A stretch of DNA of 64,000 bases from an uncultured Acidobacteriota bacterium. GTDB taxonomy: Bacteria; Actinomycetota; Acidimicrobiia; Spongiisociales; ZC4RG35. Within the stretch, counting starts at the first letter, position 1. Each line of letters starts with the position of its first letter. Shown one piece after another: positions 1 through 10,585 of this stretch. The notes under the pieces were generated by a model, which was not told the DNA's origin, made no database searches, and saw nothing but the letters and a program-made list of their open reading frames with translations. Made by a program: the position numbers and the translations under genes. The DNA is taken from NCBI GenBank assembly GCA_963828465.1, contig CAWHEU010000025.1:1-64000 (forward strand). Reading direction: 5' to 3'.

Positions 1-330
1 GACATCCGGCCCGAGGTTCTGATAGGCGCTCGTGATGTGCTCGGCCAACTCCTCCGATGGCGGCGAGCTGAGCACGATCGCCTGGATTTCACCGGCGATG
101 CGACCTCCTTCGGCGCCCACTTCGAAGGATCGGGCCAGAGCTCTCACCTCCTCCAACACGCCCCGTGTGGCGAGAGAGTCACTCAAGGCGCCAGCCGTAA
201 CCACGAAGCCGGGTGGCACCGGCATGCCGGTACCCGTCATCCTGCCGAGACTCGCACCCTTGCCACCGGCCAGTTCCGCCCGGTGGCACTCGATGTCATC
301 CAGCCAGATGACATCCTCGGTCACGCTCAT
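1..330 (-). CDS. PEP/pyruvate-binding (PPDK_N, ATP-grasp) domain protein, stand-alone subunit; runs off the left edge
   Basis: Translated by hand from ATG at 330: MSVTEDVIWLDDIECHRAELAGGKGASLGRMTGTGMPVPPGFVVT. GGKGASL and VPPGFVVT are the PEP synthase/PPDK N-terminal signature. Absent from the ORF track because it is truncated. Confidence 0.85.
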   Translation of the reverse strand, partial: MSVTEDVIWLDDIECHRAELAGGKGASLGRMTGTGMPVPPGFVVTAGALSDSLATRGVLEEVRALARSFEVGAEGGRIAGEIQAIVLSSPPSEELAEHITSAYQNLGPDV

Positions 331-334
331 GAGG

Positions 335-2110
335 TCAATAGATCGGATGTCGGTGCCTCCCGGCAACATAATCGTCGGGGAGGATCTCGACGACGCCGGT
401 CGAGCCGTTGACCCGAACCAGATCGCCGGTCTTGATCTTCTGGGTGGCCACCGATGTCCCGATCACGGCCGGAATGCCGAACTCCCGCGACAGGACTGCA
501 GGATGTGAGGCGGCTCCGCCGGCGTCGGAGACCAACCCGCTGATCCTCGTAAACAACGTCACCCAAGCCGGGTTGGTCATCTGGCAGACCAGGATCTCCC
601 CCTTTTTCACCTCGTCGAACTGCTCCGGGCTCAGCACCACCCTGGCCACGCCTTCGATGACACCCGCGAAGCGGCCAGCCCTTCGACCCGATCTTCCGCT
701 ACGGCATAGTCCCGGTCGAGACGCTCGGGAAATCCCCAGAGAGGCAGATACGGGAAGGCCAGTGCCGCTTCGGTGGCAGTCCCCACCCAGTCGCGAGGCC
801 GAATCTCATAGGCGTCCTCCCGCTCATCCCTGCGGTCGGAGATCAGCTCCCGGACGTCGGAGCCTTCCGGATCAGCCATCAGATAGCGGAGCTCGTTGTA
901 CTTGAGGAACATGACGTCGTTGGGATCGCCAATGGCACCTCGAGCCGCCAGGTGACGGCCGATGCAGATGAGGACCAGACGGACATGGGCGTTGGTGCCC
1001 TGGTCGATGTAGAAGTGGTGGTCGGGTGTCAGTGGGGCCATTCGGGCATTCGTGTCGTGTGCCTGCTTCATGCGCTCAAGTGCCTCACCCTCGAGCCCAT
1101 CCAACAGCTCATCGGTGGCCGCCTCGAGATCCTTCTTCAGCTCGCCAATGGCCGCCGGGTAGTCGTAATCGGTGTCCACATATCCCTTGATCACCTCCAG
1201 GATCGGCTCAGGTGTTCGTAGCGGGTCGGGAACACGAACTCGTGACTCCATACCGCATGCCAGCCGAACTCCTTCTGGTAGGGCCGAAGCCTCTCTTCGA
1301 GAAAACTCCTGCCCCTGTCGCTTCCGTTCAGCGCGGCGAGGATGTCGACACCTGTCTCACGGGAGAAGAGCCCAGAAAGCTCCTCGTCCTCCTTGACCTC
1401 CCCCTTCATCCGCCAGAGCGCCTCGATCGAGTCCCAGTTCCGGTCGCTCGCCGAGTTCTGCAGCCGGCCGAGCAGTGTCGGATCGACACCCTCCTTCAGC
1501 TCCTCGACAGCAGCCTGCAGGGCGAGCGTGGCCGAAAGCTGTGAGAAGTTGAGCATCCAATGGATCTTCCAGTGGCGATCGTGGATGTCGATGGCATCCT
1601 CGAGGATCGTCGCCCATTCCATCAGGGGGATGTCCTCCCAGCGTTCGATCTTCTCCTCGAGGTACTCGAAGTTCCTGATCATCTCGGGGACGAGGCGGCT
1701 GGCCCACCAGTCGGCGAAATGAGCCCCGTACGTCGGGAGCACCGCGTTGAGATAGGCGCCGATCTGCTCGGGTAGGCGGGGTCGTCGACGGGAGTCCGCG
1801 GGGCGTACCGGTTGCCCAACTCGACCCCCTCCACGGTGGTCCCCGGATTGGCGGGGATGGCGGCGGTGTAGAGGTATCCGTTGATGTTCTTGGCGATCCA
1901 GTCCGAGGCGAAGGGTGTGCCGAACCTCCGGAACATGTGATCGCAGGTCAGCCACCAGCCCCCGATGTCGAAGTACATGGGAGACAGTGGCTGTGGGCAA
2001 TGAAGGTCGTCGAAGAACCAGAACAGCCCCTTCTCCTCATCGCTGGCCCAATCGATCGGGAAGTCGGTGTCGCCCAGGAACTGCTTCAGGATCTTGCTGT
2101 CTTCGCCCAT
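335..2110 (-). CDS. PEP-utilizing enzyme (substrate-binding region plus C-terminal phospho-His swivel domain), phenylphosphate synthase alpha / rifampin phosphotransferase-like; 3 apparent frameshifts
   Basis: Pieced from ORFs 1679-2209, 1191-2000, 631-1251 and 335-649. C-terminal [11 protein letters not shown]...[23 protein letters not shown] is the His-swivel motif. Restoring one C near 1771, 1211 and 666 gives a continuous frame. Confidence 0.8.
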
Positions 2111-2140
2111 GAGCCTGTCCTTTCCTCGTGAGGCGGAGCC

Positions 2141-2152
2141 GCCATCGATTGT
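2141..2152. promoter_or_regulatory. Candidate LacI-type operator, class B (GCCATCGATTGT)
   Basis: One mismatch from RCAAWCGWTTGY; lies in the divergent intergenic region 2111-2231. Confidence 0.45.
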
Positions 2153-2231
2153 ACAGCCACTCAAGCACTGTATTTCGCTCCGGCAGTCCCTGATACGTTG
2201 CAGTGACATTCGGACCGGAGGAGCAGGGCCA

Positions 2232-3428
2232 ATGAAATCTCACAACGTCGCAATGCTCGGCACCGGTCTCATCGGGGACTTCTACACGATGACGCTCCAC
2301 AGCCAGCGAAGCCGCGACCGGGTGGGCATCGTCTTTTCACAATCCGACGAGCGGGCCCGGGTCTTCAGCGATCGCTGGGACATCCCCGCTTATACGACCT
2401 CCATCGAAGAGGCGATCAACCACGATGAGACCGACACGGTGGTGGTGGGCCTGCCCAACTTCCTCCACGAGGAGGTCATCGTGGCCGCGGCCGACGCCGG
2501 AAAGGCTGTGCTCTGCACCAAGCCCCTCGCCCGCAACGCCGAGGAGGCCAGGCGCATCCTGGACAAGGTGGAGTCGGCCGGCGTGTTCGCCGGCTATCTC
2601 GAAGATCTCTGTTATACGCCGAAGGCCATGAAGGCCGTGGAGACGATCGAATCCGGAGGGATCGGCGACGTGACCTGGGCCCGATCCCGGGAGACCCACC
2701 CCGGGCCTCACAGCGCCTGGTTCTGGGATAAGGAGAAGGCAGGCGGCGGAGCGATCGTCGATCTCGGGTGTCATTGCATCGAGGTCATCCGCACGTACAT
2801 GGGCAAGGGAAACCGCCCCGTGGAGGTCATGGCATGGAGCGACACTCTGGTCCACCCAATCGAGGCAGAGGACAACGCTGTCGCGCTGATCAAATTCGAA
2901 TCGGGCGCCCTCGGCCAATTCGAGGTCTCCTGGACCTTTCGGGGTGGGCTGGACCTGCGAGACGAGATCGCCGGCACCGAGGGCACGATCTGGCTCAATC
3001 ACTTCCTCCGGACCGGATACGAGATGTACACCTCCGGCAGCGGTGACCGCTATGTGGCGGAGAAGATCGAATCCACCGAGGGGTGGGTCTTCGCTGTTGG
3101 CGATGAGGTCAGTGAGTTCGGGTACGCCAACATGTTCACCGACATGTTCGACGCGATGGACCAGGGTCGCGAGCCACGGGAGACCTTCTATGACGGCTAC
3201 ATCGTGAACGCTGTCATGGACGCGGCGTATCGCTCGGCGCGATCACGACAGTGGGAGCCGGTCGACATCGAGTGGCGGGGCGGGACCACGGGCCGGATCG
3301 AGAAGAAGGCGGGTACGCACGACGGCCACTCGATCGTCAAGCGAGAGATCCTTCCCGACGGCCGGGTGAAACTCATGCTGTCCAACAAGGAAACCGGGGA
3401 GATCTTCGACCTTGTAACCAGCGAGTGA
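2232..3428 (+). CDS. Gfo/Idh/MocA family oxidoreductase
   Basis: [15 protein letters not shown] Rossmann motif, [18 protein letters not shown]; GGAGGAG RBS upstream of ATG 2232. Confidence 0.9.
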   Translation: MKSHNVAMLGTGLIGDFYTMTLHSQRSRDRVGIVFSQSDERARVFSDRWDIPAYTTSIEEAINHDETDTVVVGLPNFLHEEVIVAAADAGKAVLCTKPLARNAEEARRILDKVESAGVFAGYLEDLCYTPKAMKAVETIESGGIGDVTWARSRETHPGPHSAWFWDKEKAGGGAIVDLGCHCIEVIRTYMGKGNRPVEVMAWSDTLVHPIEAEDNAVALIKFESGALGQFEVSWTFRGGLDLRDEIAGTEGTIWLNHFLRTGYEMYTSGSGDRYVAEKIESTEGWVFAVGDEVSEFGYANMFTDMFDAMDQGREPRETFYDGYIVNAVMDAAYRSARSRQWEPVDIEWRGGTTGRIEKKAGTHDGHSIVKREILPDGRVKLMLSNKETGEIFDLVTSE

Positions 3429-3429
3429 T

Positions 3430-4344
3430 TCAGTGGACGTACGGGCTGAGTACGTCCCTGGCCAGTAGGAAGCCCCGCTTGACCAACTCGTCGGTGGCCT
3501 CGAACCCACGATCCTCGTGCTCGATGATTATCGAGCCGTCGTAGCCGACCCGGTAGAGCGCCGAGAAGACGACACCCCAATCGACGTGTCCGAGACCGGG
3601 AAGCCGGGGAACCTGCCATCCGATGCCAGATGACAGGCTTCCGTTCTCATAGAGACCGCCGTAGTCGATCATCACGTCCTTGGCCTGGAAGTGATAGAAG
3701 CGGGAGCCGAATTCTTCGATGGCCTGCTCGATGTCGATCATCAGCCAGACCAGGTGCGACGGGTCGAAGTTGAGACCGATCGTCTCGCCGAACTCCTCGA
3801 ACATCCGGCGCCAGATCCGGGGGTTGTAGGCCAGGTTGTGCCCCGACGGCCACTCGTCCTTGGAGAAGATCATCGGGCAGTTCTCGATTGCGATCCTGAC
3901 ACCGTTGTCGTCCGCCGAGGAGATGATCTCGGGCCAGACCCTTGTGGCGTCTTCCCAGTTCTCGTCCTGTGTCTTGGTGTGATCGGCGCCGATGAAGGTG
4001 TTGACGACTGGGACATTCATCTTGCCGGCGGCAACGATCACTTTCTTCAGGTGGTCGATCACCATCCGCTGGTGCTCGGCGTCCGGGCTCAGCGGGTTCG
4101 GGTAGTAGCCGAGGCCCGAGATCTCGAGACCACGCCCCGTGACGCTGTCGGCGATCTCGCCGGCGCGGGCATCGGAGATGCCGTCGACATCGATATGACT
4201 CGTCCCCGCGTAGCGGCGGGTGTCACCACTCGATGCCGGCCAGCAGGCGATCTCGATCGTGGTGAACCCGTTGTCGACGGTCCAGTCCACGACCTCGTCG
4301 AGCGGCGTCTCCGGAAATGGTGCGGTGAGCAGTCCCAGCTTCAT
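3430..4344 (-). CDS. Sugar phosphate isomerase/epimerase family TIM-barrel protein (AP_endonuc_2 / IolE-like)
   Basis: Metal-binding motifs IAIENCP, GLNFDPSH, HFQAKD, IIIEHED. Confidence 0.88.
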   Translation of the reverse strand: MKLGLLTAPFPETPLDEVVDWTVDNGFTTIEIACWPASSGDTRRYAGTSHIDVDGISDARAGEIADSVTGRGLEISGLGYYPNPLSPDAEHQRMVIDHLKKVIVAAGKMNVPVVNTFIGADHTKTQDENWEDATRVWPEIISSADDNGVRIAIENCPMIFSKDEWPSGHNLAYNPRIWRRMFEEFGETIGLNFDPSHLVWLMIDIEQAIEEFGSRFYHFQAKDVMIDYGGLYENGSLSSGIGWQVPRLPGLGHVDWGVVFSALYRVGYDGSIIIEHEDRGFEATDELVKRGFLLARDVLSPYVH

Positions 4345-4354
4345 GTCTTCCTCC

Positions 4355-5509
4355 TCATCGTCGAACAGGTCTCCATTGTTGGGTCTCGTGACTTTGGGTG
4401 ATCGCGTCGGTCACCAGGACCGCGTCGTGGCCATCGGCAAACGTCGGATAGGTCGGTGCCGCTGCGGGCGATCCATTGGCCACATCCGCGTAGACCTGAG
4501 AGAAGAGGGCTCGAAACGTATCGGGAAAGCCCTCAACATGACCACCGGGATACGCCACCAGGCCGGCGGCCCCAGGTGAATAGAGATCGGGATCGCGGCT
4601 GAGCACCTCGTTCGGTCGACCCCGGTGACCGATGAACAGGTCGTCCGGGTTGGCGGAGAGCCAGCGGATCGCCGACTCGGACCCGGCGATCTCATAGCGG
4701 ACAGAGTTCTTCTGTCCCGCCGAGACCTGAGAGATCGTGACCGCCCCACGGGCGCCATCCTCGTAACGGAGGAGGACGGCGGCGGCATCGTCGCTGCTCA
4801 TCTTCTCTGAAACAAGGTCCTCGGCATCTGCGACCGCCGCGAATGTCTCGACCGGTCCTGAGGGATGCCGTCGAACGGGCACGAGGGTGTGGAGGTCGGC
4901 CATGACCTCCACTACGCGCCGACCGGACACGAATCGGCTGAGGTCGAGCCAGTGCGAGCCGATGTCGGCCACCGCCCGGAGCCCTCCCGCTTCCTCGGGT
5001 TGGAGACGCCAGTTCCAGTCGGTCTCGCGCAGCAGCCAGTCCTGGTGATAGGAGCCAGTGATGAAGCGAGGCTCGCCGATGTCACCATTGGCCACCATCG
5101 CCATTGCCTGGTGATTGGCTGGATAGAACCGAATGTTGAAGCAGACCGCGTTGACCAACCCGGAATCGGCGGCAAGTGCCACGAGATCGGCGGTGTCCTC
5201 CGAGGTGACCGCGAGCGGTTTCTCACAGACAACGTGTTTGCCGGCGGCAAGGACTGCGCGTGCCTGTTCGGCGTGGGCGTAATTGGGGCTAGCGATGTGA
5301 ATGACGTCGATCGACGGATCGGCGGCCATCCCCTCGACGCTGTCGTACACCCGGCCGACGCCTATGGCATCGGCCTTGGGCCGGGTGCGCTCCGGCGAAG
5401 AGCCGACCACACCGGCCACCTCGACGCCAAGACGACGCAAAGCCTCGACGTGTGCCACCCCGATGAAGCCGATCCCCACCACTCCGGCCTTGATCTCGCT
5501 CGGGCTCAT
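4355..5509 (-). CDS. Gfo/Idh/MocA family oxidoreductase
   Basis: MSPSEIKAGVVGIGFIG, VVCEKPLA, DIGSHWLD; GGAGG RBS before ATG 5509. Confidence 0.9.
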   Translation of the reverse strand: MSPSEIKAGVVGIGFIGVAHVEALRRLGVEVAGVVGSSPERTRPKADAIGVGRVYDSVEGMAADPSIDVIHIASPNYAHAEQARAVLAAGKHVVCEKPLAVTSEDTADLVALAADSGLVNAVCFNIRFYPANHQAMAMVANGDIGEPRFITGSYHQDWLLRETDWNWRLQPEEAGGLRAVADIGSHWLDLSRFVSGRRVVEVMADLHTLVPVRRHPSGPVETFAAVADAEDLVSEKMSSDDAAAVLLRYEDGARGAVTISQVSAGQKNSVRYEIAGSESAIRWLSANPDDLFIGHRGRPNEVLSRDPDLYSPGAAGLVAYPGGHVEGFPDTFRALFSQVYADVANGSPAAAPTYPTFADGHDAVLVTDAITQSHETQQWRPVRR

Positions 5510-5586
5510 GAACCTCCACTCGACGCGAATCCGAGCGGGAAGGATAAGCAATGACCCCAAGCGATTCGCCGGGACGTACGGGGGTG

Positions 5587-5603
5587 ATGAGAACGTTTGC
5601 CAT
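5587..5603. promoter_or_regulatory. Candidate LacI operator, class A (ATGAGAACGTTTGCCAT)
   Basis: CG-centred imperfect palindrome in a divergent promoter. Its reverse complement TGGCAAACGTTCTCA matches the 12120 site at 14 of 15 positions. Confidence 0.65.
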
Positions 5604-5709
5604 ACCCGGGCCGATCGGTACGATTCGCCACATCGGGTGAGTGGACATCCGCTATTGCGTATGACACACTCCCGCACGCCTTCGGGCACCACTTAGGAGG
5701 AGTTCATTT

Positions 5710-6909
5710 ATGACCAAAAACCAATGGTTCAAGAGGTTGGTGGCGGTTATGGCGATTGCCATGATCGCCGTCGCCTGTGGAGATGGCTCGGGTTCTGACA
5801 CGACCCTGGCCGAGGGTTCAGACACCACCGCCGCCCCGGACACCACGGCCGCAGCGGAACCCACTACTACAGCAGGGAGCACCGAGACCACCGCAGCGGC
5901 GGGCGAGGGCTTCGTCATCGGATATTCGAACGGTGGCGGCGTGGGCAACGGTTTCCGTGAGGAGCAGGTGTGCACGGCGAAGGCAGAGGCCCTGGCATCC
6001 GGTCAGGTCACCGAGTTGAACCAGATCCATCGCAACACGGACGCCGCCGGCCAGCTCGCGGACATCCGCGACCTGATCGCCGCCGACGTCGACGCGATCG
6101 TGTTCAACCCGAACGACCCCGAGGCGCTCAACCCAGCACTCGACGAAGCAGCAGCAGCCGGGATCCCGACGGTCTCGGTCGACGCGTTCGTCACGCACGA
6201 GGGCACCTACAACCTCTACAACAACCAGATCGAGTACGCACGTCTCGGTGCGGAGTGGTTGTTCGAGCAGATGGGTGGGGAGGGCAACGTGTATTACATG
6301 CGTGGCTTCGCCGGTCACCCAGCTGATACCGACCGTCACACCGGGTTCCAGCAGGCGCTGGAGAACTACCCGGGTATCACGGTGATCCCGAGCATCGACG
6401 GTGAGCACACTGGTTGGGACCCGGCCACCACGACCCAGCTGATCAACGACTGGATCGCCAGTGGTCAGTACGGGGACACCAACGGCATCTGGACCTCGGG
6501 CATGGACTCGCAGGTCGTCGACGCCGTCCAGCAGGCCAACCTCGAGTTCGTCCCGATCGTCGGTGCCGACCTCGGCGCGTATGTCACCCAGCTCCTCGAC
6601 TCCGAGGGGTTTGCCGGCCTCGAAGGCTCGGCGGTGACCAACACCGCGGCAGTTGGCGGAGCCGGGGTCAACCTGGCTCTGAAGCTGCTCAACGGGGAGA
6701 CCGTGGAGACAGCAGCGGACGCTGCTCAACCCAACACGGTGCTGCTCGACCCGGTGCTGGCAGACAACGTCAGCGATGATGGACGGGCCACGCTCGAGTC
6801 ATGGCAGGTCGACGGTCTCGACCCGCTGTGGCCACTCGGTCTGACCATCGAGGGCTGGACCACGTACACCCCGGAGCAGGCCGTGGCCTGCCTCGGCCCC
6901 GGCGAGTAA
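5710..6909 (+). CDS. Sugar ABC transporter substrate-binding lipoprotein (RbsB-like)
   Basis: Lipobox IAVAC, Thr/Ala-rich linker, periplasmic binding protein type I features; AGGAGG RBS. Confidence 0.9.
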   Translation: MTKNQWFKRLVAVMAIAMIAVACGDGSGSDTTLAEGSDTTAAPDTTAAAEPTTTAGSTETTAAAGEGFVIGYSNGGGVGNGFREEQVCTAKAEALASGQVTELNQIHRNTDAAGQLADIRDLIAADVDAIVFNPNDPEALNPALDEAAAAGIPTVSVDAFVTHEGTYNLYNNQIEYARLGAEWLFEQMGGEGNVYYMRGFAGHPADTDRHTGFQQALENYPGITVIPSIDGEHTGWDPATTTQLINDWIASGQYGDTNGIWTSGMDSQVVDAVQQANLEFVPIVGADLGAYVTQLLDSEGFAGLEGSAVTNTAAVGGAGVNLALKLLNGETVETAADAAQPNTVLLDPVLADNVSDDGRATLESWQVDGLDPLWPLGLTIEGWTTYTPEQAVACLGPGE

Positions 6910-6929
6910 CCAACAACTAGCCATAGACG

Positions 6930-6963
6930 AGCAGATGCGCCGGCCTTGCCCGGCGCATCTGCT
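6930..6963 (+). terminator. Intercistronic stem-loop after the binding-protein gene
   Basis: Perfect 14-bp stem AGCAGATGCGCCGG / CCGGCGCATCTGCT with a 6-nt loop. Confidence 0.7.
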
Positions 6964-6987
6964 TATGAGGACTCTGCGATCGAAACG

Positions 6988-8574
6988 ATGACGGCAAGCA
7001 CCAACGGGTACCTGCTCGAGGCATCCGATGTCTCGAAGCGATACGGCGCCGTCGTCGCACTGAAGTCTGCCTCGCTCCGTGTGCGACCCGGCGAGGCGCA
7101 CGCATTGATGGGGGCGAACGGTGCCGGCAAGAGCACCCTGGTCAAGGTCCTGACAGGCGCAGTCCGCCCGGACGAGGGCACGATCACGGTTAGGGGCAAG
7201 GAGCGCATGGCACATTCCCCGGCCGAGGCTCGCCGGGGCGGCCTGGTCTCGGTCTACCAGGAGCCGGCTCTGATCCCCGACCTCGACATCTCCTCCAACC
7301 TGCGGCTCACCGAGACACCACTCGAGCCGTTTCGCGACTGGGTGCGCCAGCTCGGCCTGGGAAAGCTCGACCTGTCGAGGATGGCGCGAGACCTGCCGCT
7401 CGCCACCCTGAGGATCATCGATCTCGCCCGCGCCCTGGCCATCCGTCCAGACGTGCTCATGCTCGATGAGATCACCGCAGCGCTCCCGGCCAACCTCACC
7501 GAGAGCGTGCTCGAGGTGGTTGCCGGCCAGCGCGGCGGCGAAGGCAGCATCATCTTCATCTCACATCGGATGACCGAGATCGCATCAGTCTGCGACCGGG
7601 CCACCGTTCTGCGGGAGGGAGTGACCGTGGGGGTGGTCGACATCTCCGCCGACTCCGCGGACCGGATCGTCGAGCTGATGCTCGGCGAGGCCGTCGGAGA
7701 GATGCCGGAACGGACAGAGCGGGCGGCGCTGGCATCGCAACAGGACGAGGTTCCGCGGCTAGAAGTCCGCAGTCTCGGGTCGTCCGGCCGTCTTCGCGAT
7801 GTCTCGTTCGACGTCCGCGCCGGAGAGGTTGTCGGGCTCGTGGCTCTGGAGGGCCAAGGCCAGGATGAGCTCTTCGACATCCTCGCCGGATCAGAGCACG
7901 CCAGCACGGGAGAAGTCCTCGTCGACGGGCGATCCGTCTCTTTCCGGCACCCGGCGGACGCGATCCGCGCCGGAATCGTCTTCGTTCCCGCCGATCGGGC
8001 AGAGGCCCTGCTCATGCAACGCTCGGTGCGGGAGAACATCGCATTGCCGTTCAGTGCGCCGATTTCCGGGTGGGGGCCGATTCGGAGAAGCAAGGAGAAA
8101 CCCAAGGTCGACAAGGCGATCGACACGCTGCAAATCGACACCAGGGCACAGAAGGAGGTCCGCCTCCTCTCCGGCGGCAACCAGCAGAAGGTCACGATCG
8201 CCCGGTGGGTCGCCGGCGGGGTGCAGACGATGTTGTGCTTCGACCCAACACGTGGGATCGATATCCGCACCAAGCACCAGGTGTATCTGTTGCTGCGGGA
8301 CCTGGCGGAAGCAGGCGCCGCCGTCCTGCTCTACACCTCGGAGCTCAGTGAGATCCAGCTCGCCTGCGACCGAGCGATCGTGATCTTCGGCGGCGAAGTC
8401 GTGGCAGAGATAGACGTATCGGATGCCGACGAGGCAACGCTGCTCCGGGCGGCCCACAACCTTCGCTCCGACGCTCCCCTCCCCGAAGAAGTGGTCGCCG
8501 CGGCGGTGGCTGCCGAGGAGGATGCCGAAGGCGCGGGCGAAGAGCCCGGGCTGGACGAGGCGGGCGATCTGTGA
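6988..8574 (+). CDS. Sugar ABC transporter ATP-binding protein (RbsA-like, tandem NBDs)
   Basis: Walker A GANGAGKST, LSGGNQQK, PTRGID. Confidence 0.92.
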   Translation: MTASTNGYLLEASDVSKRYGAVVALKSASLRVRPGEAHALMGANGAGKSTLVKVLTGAVRPDEGTITVRGKERMAHSPAEARRGGLVSVYQEPALIPDLDISSNLRLTETPLEPFRDWVRQLGLGKLDLSRMARDLPLATLRIIDLARALAIRPDVLMLDEITAALPANLTESVLEVVAGQRGGEGSIIFISHRMTEIASVCDRATVLREGVTVGVVDISADSADRIVELMLGEAVGEMPERTERAALASQQDEVPRLEVRSLGSSGRLRDVSFDVRAGEVVGLVALEGQGQDELFDILAGSEHASTGEVLVDGRSVSFRHPADAIRAGIVFVPADRAEALLMQRSVRENIALPFSAPISGWGPIRRSKEKPKVDKAIDTLQIDTRAQKEVRLLSGGNQQKVTIARWVAGGVQTMLCFDPTRGIDIRTKHQVYLLLRDLAEAGAAVLLYTSELSEIQLACDRAIVIFGGEVVAEIDVSDADEATLLRAAHNLRSDAPLPEEVVAAAVAAEEDAEGAGEEPGLDEAGDL

Positions 8575-9575
8575 GCACGACCGTCGACACGGCCGACCAG
8601 ACGACCGCACGCACGAGTTCGGCGCTCGCGTCGATGATCCGCCGTCACGGCTGGACCCTGGGCCTGGTCGGTATCCTGTTGGTTCTCCTCGTCGTCACGA
8701 GGCTCATCCAACCGTCCTACGGCGCGGCCGGGGTGCAAGGCCTGGCTATCTCCGTGCTCCCGCTCGCCTTCGCCGCAGTCGCCCAGGCGATTGCGGTGAT
8801 CGCCCGTGGGATCGATCTGTCCGTCGGGTCGATGATGGCTCTGACCAGTGTCATCTCGGCGTCCCTCATGGACGAGCGGAGCGAGGGGTTCGCCGTCCTG
8901 GTCGTCATCGGGGTGCTCCTGCTCGGGTGTGTCCTCGGGGCGGTGAATGGCAGCCTCATAGTCCTGACGCGTGTGCCCGACATCGTCGTCACCCTGGCCA
9001 TGCTCTTCGTGTGGGCGGGCTGTGCCCTGCTCGTGCTGGGCACGCCCGGCGGTGGATCGGCCGAGTGGCTTCGGAGCCTGACCGGAGGATCAATCCTCAG
9101 CGCCTGGATCCCGAAGGCAGCATTGCTGCTGCTGGTGATCGTCGCCGCGATCTGGATCCCGATCAGAAGATCGCGGCTCGGCCTGTCGCTGTACGCAATC
9201 GGCAGCGACCCACTAGCTGCATATCGAAGCGGCGTGTCGGTGGCGCGCACCAAGATCTTCGCCTACACGTTGACTGGTTTGTTCTCCGCCTTCGCCGGTC
9301 TCACCCTCACGGCCACGACGGGGATCGGCACCCCGGTTCCCGGGCCCTACACCCTCCTGAGCGTCGCAGCCGTCGTGCTCGGCGGGGTGAGCCTGGCGGG
9401 AGGCCGCGGCGGGGTCTTCGGGCCGATCGTCGCCGTCGTGATCCTGTCCCTGCTCCGCACCGACATGACGTTCCTGAACGTCAACACCAATCTGGCGACC
9501 GTAGCCCAGGGGCTCATCCTCGTGGGAGTGGTGATGGTCGGGAGCCTGCTCCAACTGCGGAAGCGTGAGCCATGA
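8571..9575 (+). CDS. Sugar ABC transporter permease (RbsC-like)
   Basis: GIDLSVGS, AAVVLGGVSLAGGRG; hydrophobic; GTGA overlap with upstream gene. Confidence 0.92.
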   Translation: MSTTVDTADQTTARTSSALASMIRRHGWTLGLVGILLVLLVVTRLIQPSYGAAGVQGLAISVLPLAFAAVAQAIAVIARGIDLSVGSMMALTSVISASLMDERSEGFAVLVVIGVLLLGCVLGAVNGSLIVLTRVPDIVVTLAMLFVWAGCALLVLGTPGGGSAEWLRSLTGGSILSAWIPKAALLLLVIVAAIWIPIRRSRLGLSLYAIGSDPLAAYRSGVSVARTKIFAYTLTGLFSAFAGLTLTATTGIGTPVPGPYTLLSVAAVVLGGVSLAGGRGGVFGPIVAVVILSLLRTDMTFLNVNTNLATVAQGLILVGVVMVGSLLQLRKREP

Positions 9576-10567
9576 CCGATACCGTGACCACGACCGACTC
9601 CAAGCCCAAGCGGCTGACCACCGCAGGCTTGCGTGCCCTTTTCCGCGAGCGGCCGATCATCCCCTTGATCGGCCTGCTCGCCATTCTCGTCGTGGTCAGC
9701 GAATTGATCCGCCCCGGGATCGTCAACCTGAACTGGGCAGGTGTGATGGTTCGTGCCGCCGTGCCGCTGGCGATACTGGCGGGCTGTCAGACGATGACGA
9801 TGCTGACCGGCGGCATCGATCTCTCGGTCGGGGCGGTGGCGTCCATGTCGGGTTTCGTCGTGGCGACGCTGGTCGGCGGGCCTGGTCTGGCCACCGGCAT
9901 CCTCGTGGCTCTCGCGGTGGCAGCAATCGTCGGTCTCATCAGCGGAATCGGAGTCGGCATCTTCCGGGTCCACCCTCTGATCATGACGCTGGGCATGAGC
10001 CTGGTGGTACTCGGCTTTGCCAACGTCTGGCAGATACAGATGGTGCAGACCGGGTCGGGCGTCCCGGATCAGTTCAGAGATCTGGGCGCCGGGATATTCC
10101 TCGGGTTCGTGCCCAGGAGCCTGCTCCTGTTCGTGCCCCTGGCTATCCTCATCATCCTCGGTCTCAACCGGACTGGCTACGGGCGGCTCCTGTATGCAAT
10201 CGGAGACAATCCAATCGCATCGAGGCTGTCGGGCGCCCGTTCCTGGCAGGTCTTGATAGTGCTCTATGTGATCTCGGCGGTTCTCGCCGGGGTCGCCGGC
10301 TTTCTCTATTCGGGCCTGACGAACGTGGCAAGCGTCACTCTTGCCGATACGGCGCTGCTCCCGTCGGTTGCGGCCGCGGTGATCGGTGGGACCTCCATCA
10401 TGGGTGGGCGCGGTGGGTACGGCGGGACGATGATCGGCGCCCTGATCCTCACTGTCATCTCGTCGATCCTCTCCTCATTGGGATACCCGGAAGCGGTCCG
10501 TCAGATCCTCTTCGGTGCGCTCATCATCTTCGTGGCTGCGGCCTACACCCGTGTCACAGAGCCTTGA
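9572..10567 (+). CDS. Sugar ABC transporter permease (RbsC-like)
   Basis: GGIDLSVGA, AAAVIGGTSIMGGRG; ATGA overlap. Confidence 0.92.
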   Translation: MTDTVTTTDSKPKRLTTAGLRALFRERPIIPLIGLLAILVVVSELIRPGIVNLNWAGVMVRAAVPLAILAGCQTMTMLTGGIDLSVGAVASMSGFVVATLVGGPGLATGILVALAVAAIVGLISGIGVGIFRVHPLIMTLGMSLVVLGFANVWQIQMVQTGSGVPDQFRDLGAGIFLGFVPRSLLLFVPLAILIILGLNRTGYGRLLYAIGDNPIASRLSGARSWQVLIVLYVISAVLAGVAGFLYSGLTNVASVTLADTALLPSVAAAVIGGTSIMGGRGGYGGTMIGALILTVISSILSSLGYPEAVRQILFGALIIFVAAAYTRVTEP

Positions 10568-10585
10568 TCGGCCCGAGACCGACGT

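Noticed and set aside
5790-5905. Low-complexity ACC/GCC repeats (also 24600-24730)
   Set aside because: They encode Thr/Ala lipoprotein linkers; not a CRISPR array or DNA repeat element.
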